64,000 bases of DNA from Rhynchopus sp. YZ270_cl-10. Lineage: Eukaryota. The notes beneath the pieces were generated by a model. That model was given only the letters and a program-made list of their open reading frames with translations. It made no database searches and was not told the DNA's origin. Shown piece by piece: positions 10,755-19,459 of this stretch. Position 1 is the stretch's first letter, and the number at the start of each line of letters is the position of its first letter. The position numbers were made by a program, and so were the translations under genes. Where the stretch lies: positions 682,001-746,000 of the forward strand of contig OZ037834.1 in NCBI GenBank assembly GCA_964035575.1, given 5' to 3'.

Positions 10755-12490
10755 GCGGATGGGTCATTGGGTGGGACACGGAGCAGAAGGCAAGATGTCA
10801 AGGTCAAGACAACGGCACAGAGAATCATCAACTTTATAGCAACACACACACCACACACCGCCGCATGTGTCTTTACCTTATCTTGTCTGACGTTTCGCGT
10901 TCCCACAGAAATTCAACCAAAGAAACACTATGAATCATGACACTCTCGTCTTCTTAATAGCATGATTTACTGCACTTTTGTTTTATATGCTTCTACCTTT
11001 TCCCCCCTCTCCTGTTTTTATACAGCCACACAACGTGAACACACTTCCACCACTATCCCATTGCTTGTAGTGGTGTGAGACTTGCCATGCGTTTTGTTTT
11101 CAGTGTTGGTGTGTCCATACGTTTTGTGGCAGCAGGTCCACCAGTTATTTGCTTAATTCGGTTAAATCTGCACAATTTTTATCCCCCCGTTCTTTCTAAG
11201 GTGTCTGTGTCTGTGTATGTGTATGTGATACGATTTGAGGCATCTTAGAAGCTTTGTTCGAATGGTTGACTGCGCCCTCTATGTAGGTGTAGGGTGCTTT
11301 CATCTTATGCGTTACTAGGTACACATGCCGCGAGAGGGCTTTGTGTATTTCAAGTTTCACTTTTTTGTTTCTATATTTATTTTTCTCTTTTGTTTCTATT
11401 ATTAAATTTTGTTTGGGGCTGGCGAAGAAACTCTTTTGTTTCTGAGACGTTCCTGTACAGACGCTACGTGAACAATCCGTACACTGCGCAGGTAGTCTTC
11501 CCGCCCCTTTTGGTGCGTATGTTAGACGTTGATTTATGTACCAGAAATTTTTTTGTTTTTTTTCTATTATTTCCTAATGTATTATCATTGTTTCGTATTT
11601 CTTCAAGGTTTCTTCGCGCACAAAGTTACTAGGCACGAGAGGCTCATATTTCATCTTATACATGGCGTGGTTGTAGGTCGTGTGGTACATAAAAACTTTG
11701 CAAATCCTTTGTAAGTTGCACTCTGATCACATGCCAATAAACTGTTCTTTTCGTTGCACGTGCCTGCATCTGCCTTGAGGTGTCACGCACGTTGTCGAAT
11801 TCACTCCCTTTTCGTCATGGTGGAACGTAGTGTAGTGTTCATACAAGCCAAAAAATAAAGAAAATATTGTAAAGTGTAAGAACTTAAGCAGGGCTTACCT
11901 CCCCAATGTTTCTTTGGCTTGTGTGCATACTACAGCAACTTCCATCGTTCCCCTGTTCTTCCTGAGGTGTAGGTGACTAAGCACGAGAGGCTTAGGTTCA
12001 TCTCAGCGACGTTCTTCCTTTTTCCCCACTATCCCACACCCCACGTTCCTCGTGTTCGCTGTTGTCGGTCACATTCGTTGACCGGAGAACAGTGCACAGG
12101 CTTAATCGTGTCCTCCAAAGAATTGCGCAGAGAATCGACTTCACTGCATGGAGCGAAACCATGCCACAGCGTACAGTGCGGTGTGTGTACGTGGCAGGGT
12201 TGAATTTGCCAAAAGAAATGTAAAAGAAAAGAATATGCTCTGTCGGGCTGGTTTTTTTTGTACACTGCTTCCTGCACCACACCCCACACCCTGCACCCCA
12301 CCCGCCCACAAAACACATCCACACACCCACAGACCATATCCTTCCATACACATTTCTCTTATTCGTGACCACACATCTTTGTCTACACTAACCTAACTAA
12401 CCAAAGCAAAAGAGGAGAACCACGAAGAGCAAACACAACACAACGGAGCCAGCAGCGCCAGCAGGTACGGTCGGAGCGAGGACAGCGACA

Positions 12491-14119
12491 ATGACACACA
12501 CAGAGGCAGCGACGATGCAGCTCTCCTCAGAGGGTGCGGTCGGGGTGCCGCTGAAGTTTGTGCTCGTGCGCGGGCGGAGGGTGGTGGAGCAGCGGCGCAC
12601 ACGGCTCCTCTGCCCGAGCCTGGAGGACGTGAAGGGATGTGTGCGGCAGTGGGCGTGTGGGGCGTTCACGCTGCGCTACGTGGACGACGAGGGGGACCTG
12701 GTGACGGTGGACCTGGACGAGGAGTGGGCCGAGTGTGTGGCGCTCTGGCGGGAGGCACGTGGGGCAGACGACGCGGACGTGGATGTGGATGTGGATGTGT
12801 GTGCCCAACAACAGCGTGCCCTGCGTCTGGTGGTGGCGCTAGGTGCGCAGGATGGGTCTGCAGTGTGTCTTGGCCAGGAGAGACATCCGCGCCAGGCCTT
12901 CTGGGACCGCGTGCGCCAGCACCGTGACGCACAGAGAGACGGGCACATGCACGGGCACGGTCACGGGCACAGACACCAACACATGCATGGTCGTCACGGC
13001 GCTATGCTGCCTGGGATTCGCCAGCTGTTGGCTGAGTGGCACGCACACGCACGGACACAGGGTCAGGAACAGAAGCAGCAGGAGGTTGAATCTGGGTCTG
13101 GGTCTGTGACGGACGGGACACCGTGCTGCCGTCGGAGTGTGAAGCACGCAGGTGAGCATGGTCCACGCTGCCGTGTGCACGGGAGGAAGAATGCAGATGC
13201 GACTGACGTTCCGCAGGCTGCGGTGGCAGAGGTGTGCTGTGCTGGCGAAGGATGTTGCTATGCAGTGACACGCAGACACGGCACACACTGCTGCCACATG
13301 TGCGCTCGTGGGGGAGGCCAGCACGGGCCGCGCTGTGAGCAGAGACACATGGAGGCTTCTGATGTTGAGGCTGCTGCACCAGCAGTGGTGGGTGAAGGCG
13401 ACGTGTCGCAGTCTGTGCAGGAAGTGAAGCCGTGCTGCCGTCGGAGTGTGAAGCACGCAGGTAAACATGGTCCGCACTGCCGTGTGCACGGGAAGAAGAG
13501 TGGAGATGATGATACTGACAAGGCTGCACAGACGGGGGCCACAGCACAGACACCTGAAGAGGTTGAAGCATTGCTGTCTGTGCAGGAAGGTACACCGTGC
13601 TGCCGTCGGAGTGTGAAGCACGCAGGTAAACATGGTCCACACTGCCGTGTGCACGGGAAGAAGAGTGCAGACGCGACTGAGGCTGTGGAGGTGCCGAGCC
13701 AAGAGGAGGAGGAGGAGGAGGACGTCACTGCTGGTGTGTCGGATGCAGCCCTGCTTGTGTGTGCTGGGTGCAGCTTTGAGGTGACTGGTGTGCACGCCAC
13801 ACACTGCTGTGTGAGGTGTGCGAAGCATGCAGGCCAGCACGGGCCACGCTGCGAGCAGAAGATGCCGATGGCAGCGGAGGAGGACGTGCAGGTGGAGGAC
13901 GACGAGGATGAGGATGAGGATGAGGATGTGGTTGTGGTTGCTGTGCCGGCAGAGACAGAAGAGACAGTGACAGAGCAGGCAGGAACAGTTGTGTGTGAGG
14001 AGGACAGTGCGGGTGTGACTGCCCTGCGGAACATGGGGTTCGACATCACTGCAGACGTGCGTGCTGTGCTTGAGAGGCACAACGGAGACGTTGCAGCTGT
14101 TTTGGAGGAGATGATGTGA
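12491..14119 (+). CDS. PB1 + Cys/His-repeat + UBA protein (p62/NBR1-like selective-autophagy receptor candidate)
   Basis: PB1 OPCA motif LRYVDDEGDLVTV; C-terminal UBA LRNMGF..VLERHNGDVAAVLEEM; five CCxx[CS]...HGPxC repeats; acidic tracts. Confidence 0.75.
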   Translation: MTHTEAATMQLSSEGAVGVPLKFVLVRGRRVVEQRRTRLLCPSLEDVKGCVRQWACGAFTLRYVDDEGDLVTVDLDEEWAECVALWREARGADDADVDVDVDVCAQQQRALRLVVALGAQDGSAVCLGQERHPRQAFWDRVRQHRDAQRDGHMHGHGHGHRHQHMHGRHGAMLPGIRQLLAEWHAHARTQGQEQKQQEVESGSGSVTDGTPCCRRSVKHAGEHGPRCRVHGRKNADATDVPQAAVAEVCCAGEGCCYAVTRRHGTHCCHMCARGGGQHGPRCEQRHMEASDVEAAAPAVVGEGDVSQSVQEVKPCCRRSVKHAGKHGPHCRVHGKKSGDDDTDKAAQTGATAQTPEEVEALLSVQEGTPCCRRSVKHAGKHGPHCRVHGKKSADATEAVEVPSQEEEEEEDVTAGVSDAALLVCAGCSFEVTGVHATHCCVRCAKHAGQHGPRCEQKMPMAAEEDVQVEDDEDEDEDEDVVVVAVPAETEETVTEQAGTVVCEEDSAGVTALRNMGFDITADVRAVLERHNGDVAAVLEEMM

Positions 14120-15001
14120 TTTCGTTTTTTGTGTATTTTTGTTTGAAGGAGGTATTGATACATACGAGGGGAACCGATGCCGCGGCCATCCCAGATGAGT
14201 GCAGCGTGTGTGTGTGTCCAGCGCAATTATATGTTTCAACTCAATCCACTTTTCATGTGATGACCTCGTTGGGTTTAGTGCAGCTGCCACACGAGTGGTC
14301 TTCACTATCCTGAGGTGGCTTTGCATGGTTTTGTTTGCGGATACACACAACAACGCTGCGCGCTGGTGATGCTGCTGTGGCGCACTGCACTGCCTTCGGG
14401 TGGGTGTGGTGCGGGGTTTTGTTTATTTCTGTGTTCTCTGATATTTGTTTCCGTTCCCTCGTGTTATTATTTTTGCTTTAGTTCCTTGTCCTTCTTGCTA
14501 GACATTTTAACAGCAACAACAACTAACGGTCATAACGGGCAGTACGCATAAAAGCTGTTCTCGCCTCAAAGTTGGGTGGTTCACGCAAGTTTTGCTTCAG
14601 TTTTTGATATTTTTTTGATGTTTTGAACCTACAGAGCAAAGTACCGTTCACCCCTTCTATCGAAACAAAGACTAGCCAGATAGACACGAGGGTGCATCGG
14701 TGTGGCTCGTGGCCTTTTGTTTTTTTTCTCAAAAAGCCTATTTCATTGTGATTTTTTTATTGTCTTTTCAAATGCAAGGTTGTAGTTAGAAAAGAAGTTC
14801 TCAAAACAAAAGGGTTCGTTTGTACTTTGTATTGCACCAACCCCTCCCTCTACGTGTTATTGACGCAACACAACACAAGACAACACAACACACTACAGGT
14901 AATTTTACTGCAAAAAGAAAAAAAAAGAGAACTTTGCACACACACACACAAGAGCGAACCTACCTACCCGCTCACCCTTTCTTCTCCCTGCCTGTGGTTT
15001 G

Positions 15002-17890
15002 ATGCGGCAGAGCATGGCACTGCTGGCTCTGTGTGTGGGGTTGGTGCAGGGAAGCATCTACTCGCAGTACACCCTGGACGGCCCTGAGGTGACGGACACG
15101 TTTGGGAGGACGAGCACAACGAAGAAGCTTGCGCTTGGGTCTGGCAGCAACGCAGTGTGTGGGAAGTCGTACCACATGCGGAGCGGGGACTTCATCAGCC
15201 TGAAGGAGGGGAACGGGGCACCCACTGGGAACGTTGACTTTTCAATTGCTGGCTACGTGAAGCCTGTGACGATGACGAGAAAGGGACGCACGCTGTTCAC
15301 ACTTGGTGGGACGGACAGGGCTTCGGACAGGTCACGTGACAACTGGGGTGCGTGGGTGATGGTGGACCGTTACGGACGTCTGAGTGTGCGCACGCCGCTC
15401 ATTCGGGTGAGGAGCAGTGGAAAGGTTGTGGTGGGTGTGTGGCACCAGGTTGTGTTGACGTACACAGCTGCAGAGACAATGCTGCGGCTGTGGGTCGACG
15501 ACAAGCTTGTGCTGTCGAAGCGTGCGACGATGGACCTGCAGCAGAGTTCGAGGTACGGCGGGATGGCGATTGGGGAGTACCACCTGGGGGGCACAAGGTT
15601 GTCGCGTGACGGGGAGTTCTTTGTCGACCAGGTGAGCTTTGCGGACCACGTGATGACGCCACAGGAGGCACGTGCGCCGTGCCTGGGGGTGACGGTGGCG
15701 GAGACGGAGGCTCCTCGCACAGGAGCACCTGCCACTTCTGCGCCTGCCACACGTGCACCACCAAGACCAACACCAAGACCCACACCAAGACCAACACAGC
15801 CTCCTGCCACATCTGCACCAGCCACACCAGCACCACGTACAAGCACACCTGCGAGGAGCACGCCACCGTCGTCGTCGTCCTCGGCTGCAGTGTGTGCGCA
15901 ACGTGGTGCTGTGTGCGGTGTGGTGCGTGCGCAGGATGGGACAACTGTGCAGTGCGGGAGCTGTGCAGCGGCGGGGATGGTGTGTTCGTTCAACCGCTGC
16001 GAGGCACGCTGTGCGCTGGCAGACATCGGACAGGAGGGGCCCTTTGACGCAAGCCTGTTCGCGTACGTGCCGCTCGAGTTTTCCTACGAAGACCTGTCTG
16101 CACACGCCCACGCAGTGTCGGCGGAGCTGTTCCCGACGGACAGGCGCGAGCAGGAGTTCCCGTACGAAAGTGTGACGGACATGAGGTCGCGCGCAGTGCG
16201 TGTGGACTTTGGTGCGCTGTCTGCTGGGCCGGGCGGTGTGACGCTGTCGCTGAAGGTGCAGCCGCACACAGCGGGGCAGACGGGTGTGCTGCTGCAGTCT
16301 GAGGCGGTGACGGTTGCCGAGGACGCAGGGCGTGTGTCGGTGGCAGTGCGGGCTGCAGGCGGAGGGAGGGGGGCGGAGGTGGCGGTGGTGCACACGACAG
16401 CGCTCTCGCACCGCCACTGCAACCACGTGGCAGTGGTGGTTGCTACCGACGGTGCTGTGGCTGTGTACGTGAACGGTGTGGCTGCAGGCGGTGCGCCTGT
16501 GTCTGTGTCGGGGAAGACGATGCAGCTGGGGGGCGTGCTCTCTGTGCCGCAGCACCCTGGGAAGGTGTGGGACGTGCGTGTGTACTCGCGTGCCCTGGGT
16601 GCGGCAGAGGTGGAGACGCTGGGGAACAGGTGCGGGGCTGTTGGGACGTCGTCGCTGGTGGTGCCCGACGCAACGCTGCCGAACTTCCTGTGCGGTGTGT
16701 ACGAGTGCATCTACTGGCCTGAGGGGGTGACGGACACAACGCAGGACAGCTTCGAGTACCAGCTCTCGGGACACGACATGACCTGGGAGCACAACGTGCT
16801 GGAGACAGGGATGTACGTGCACGGGGCGCTGTGTGCCGAGTACGCAAAGCCACGCCAGGTGCTGCTGACGGACGGGTACCGCCGGTCGTGGGTGAGCAAG
16901 TTCAACTTTGGGAAGGCGTGGAACCAGTACGTGCTGCACGAGAACTTCCACGCGTACCAGAAGCGTGCACAGGGGTCGACGAAGTTCCTTGCAGAGTCGA
17001 CTGCGTCGTGGGGTGCGTTCTCACAGAAGCCGACTGCGTACGACACGATTCTCGGGATGTACACCCTGCAGCCGCAGCTGGCGCTGTGGACGACACAGAG
17101 CTCGACCTTCGCAGACGGGATTGTGGACATTGGGAAGGGCGGGCACCAGTACGGGGCGGCGATCTGGGACTGGTTCGTGACACACCACGTGCTTGGGGAC
17201 GACTTCTGGGTGGGGAAGGTGTACAACCGTGCGCGCCTTGGGCTGGCACCGCTGAGTGGTGCACCTGCGGAGGGGATGTACAACGCCCTTGCGGAGGCTG
17301 GGTACGACATGCGTGAGGTCTTCAGCGACTTTGCGGCACGTGTGACGACGTGGGACGTCGACTACGAAGAGACCTTCCGTGCGTCTGAGGAAGGGTCGTT
17401 CCGCCGTCTGAACGGGAACAACAAGAACAACAAGGAGGACCCTGTGGCCGACGAGGAGGTTGACAACAAGGTGGCTGTCTTCTACGGTGCTGGCGGCACG
17501 GACGGGGCGTGGGTGTCTGTGCCTGGGCGGTACATGATCGGGGACTGGGCCTTCAACGCGTACGAGGTGTCGGGTGTGGCGACAGGGACACAGTACACAG
17601 TGGGTGTGGTGCCGTCTGCTGCGAACCCTGCCTACTCTGAGTTCCGTGCACAGGCTGTTGTGCACAACACGGCAACTGGGGAGCGGCGCTACGTGCGGCT
17701 CCCTGCAGCGGTGGCAGGGACGGGCGGCAAGGCTGTGACGGCAACGGTGCGTGTGGGTGCCGGGGAGACGCTGTACTTGGTGGTGGCAAACACGCCTGCA
17801 ACGCAGTTCAAAGACTTCCTCGCGTACTCGTACCACTACCTCATCCAGGAGGGAGGTGGGCCGCACGTGCCAGTTCCGGACCGTGTGTGA
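15002..17890 (+). CDS. Secreted LamG + Pro/Thr linker + Cys-rich + LamG + gluzincin (HEXXH) metallopeptidase-like protein; the only full-length copy
   Basis: Same signal peptide and LamG module as the gene at 8130. VLHENFHAYQ followed by FLAESTASW (third zinc ligand Glu) and GGHQYG. Confidence 0.85.
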   Translation: MRQSMALLALCVGLVQGSIYSQYTLDGPEVTDTFGRTSTTKKLALGSGSNAVCGKSYHMRSGDFISLKEGNGAPTGNVDFSIAGYVKPVTMTRKGRTLFTLGGTDRASDRSRDNWGAWVMVDRYGRLSVRTPLIRVRSSGKVVVGVWHQVVLTYTAAETMLRLWVDDKLVLSKRATMDLQQSSRYGGMAIGEYHLGGTRLSRDGEFFVDQVSFADHVMTPQEARAPCLGVTVAETEAPRTGAPATSAPATRAPPRPTPRPTPRPTQPPATSAPATPAPRTSTPARSTPPSSSSSAAVCAQRGAVCGVVRAQDGTTVQCGSCAAAGMVCSFNRCEARCALADIGQEGPFDASLFAYVPLEFSYEDLSAHAHAVSAELFPTDRREQEFPYESVTDMRSRAVRVDFGALSAGPGGVTLSLKVQPHTAGQTGVLLQSEAVTVAEDAGRVSVAVRAAGGGRGAEVAVVHTTALSHRHCNHVAVVVATDGAVAVYVNGVAAGGAPVSVSGKTMQLGGVLSVPQHPGKVWDVRVYSRALGAAEVETLGNRCGAVGTSSLVVPDATLPNFLCGVYECIYWPEGVTDTTQDSFEYQLSGHDMTWEHNVLETGMYVHGALCAEYAKPRQVLLTDGYRRSWVSKFNFGKAWNQYVLHENFHAYQKRAQGSTKFLAESTASWGAFSQKPTAYDTILGMYTLQPQLALWTTQSSTFADGIVDIGKGGHQYGAAIWDWFVTHHVLGDDFWVGKVYNRARLGLAPLSGAPAEGMYNALAEAGYDMREVFSDFAARVTTWDVDYEETFRASEEGSFRRLNGNNKNNKEDPVADEEVDNKVAVFYGAGGTDGAWVSVPGRYMIGDWAFNAYEVSGVATGTQYTVGVVPSAANPAYSEFRAQAVVHNTATGERRYVRLPAAVAGTGGKAVTATVRVGAGETLYLVVANTPATQFKDFLAYSYHYLIQEGGGPHVPVPDRV

Positions 17891-19459
17891 GAGACAAATG
17901 GAGGAATCTTCCGGCAAGGTAAAGACAAAGAGAGGCACAGAGAATCACCCATTTTACTGATAGCAACAAAAACCCCCACCGCCAATCGAATGTCTTTACC
18001 TTTGCCCTTTGCCCTTTCTTATTAATCATTTCAAAAAAAAAAAAGAATATTGAGGAAACTGACACCTTTTTAATTTTACGGACACTCTTTTTGTCTTCAT
18101 CGCATTTTCTATTGCAAAGCGTTCGGGACACACACACATACACATACATACAATGTAGTGTGTCTTCTTTTTTGTTATATTTTGTTCAACACACCATTGT
18201 TTCGATTTTAATACGTTAGCAACCAGTCATGAAACACATGGCACATCCACGACGCATACAATACATGCAACCCTGTTGTGTTGCTGCAGTGTGGCAAGGT
18301 GTGTCGCTGCCCTGTCTGCGTTTCGTGTTTGTGTGTTTTTCTGCACGTGTTGCCCACACAGGTCCGCCGGTTGTTTGCTTCAATAGGTTGGTCTGTATCA
18401 TTATTTTTGTTTATTATCCCCGTTGAGACTTTGTTCTTCACATAGATCCATGTGTCTCGTGAAGTGCATTCGTCTTGACAAGTTTCGATTTTTTTCTGTT
18501 TTTTCTGTTCCACTAATATTCCCTTTTCAAGCGAAATAAGCCTTTCATTTTTGTTTTAAATTTCATGCTTGTTTCGGGACGTTCTTGTGCACTGCTCATG
18601 CACTATCCATGTGATGTACAGGTAGTCCAATTTTTGCCCCTTATTTTCTTAGCTTTTTTTGTTCACCCCACACTACAGTTTTCATGTTTGCTCGATCCCT
18701 TCAATGGGAACACAACAGCTTTTGCTGTTTTTCTTTTGTTTTTTGTTCTTTTGCCCCAAAATCTATTTTGTGAAGGCGGAACAAAAAATATACCACAGCA
18801 GACGCAGCATACTTGTCTTTTGTACGTGGCAGGCACCTTGTGCACCTTTTGGCACAGTGTGGTTATATTATTATAGAAAACAGAATCTTCTTTGTGGACA
18901 GCACAACAACTTTTGCTCAGTTCTGACCTTCTCCTCTTCCGTTGAAGAGGAAAGTGTCCGGACCACGTTGTGCCACAGAAGGTTGCAGGACACGTCGGTT
19001 GCCACCTGGCACACATGGCGCTTTCTTGACTGTTTATATCACCACTTTCCCTCCTCCCTCATCCGTTCATCGCATTTTCCAAAAGAAATGTAAAATAAAA
19101 GAATACGCTCTGTCGGGCTGATCAAATATTTTGCCCGCCTTTCTTGCACCACACCACAAATAGTATCCGCTCGGAAAGTACCCACACTTACTTTCAAACC
19201 ACACACCAACAGGCCCCCCCCCCACCACACGAGCACACACCTATATGGGACAGTGCGGAACACCTGCCGCTAAATCCCCCCCGCCGCCAGTTAAGGTATA
19301 TTCCCCACACATTTTACCACACGATTGTAACACTACAGTTCTCTCATTCAAACAAAAAAAATTTATTTTTTTCCCGGCAATAAAAACACACCGAATACAG
19401 AGAAGCAACCATACTTTACCCAAAAACCTTCATCAACCCTCCCCTCCCTCCTCCCCGCA

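Noticed and set aside
12390..12430. Spliced-leader gene (AACTAAC start)
   Set aside because: It lacks the conserved TTTCTGTACTTTATTG-like exon end and GT donor.
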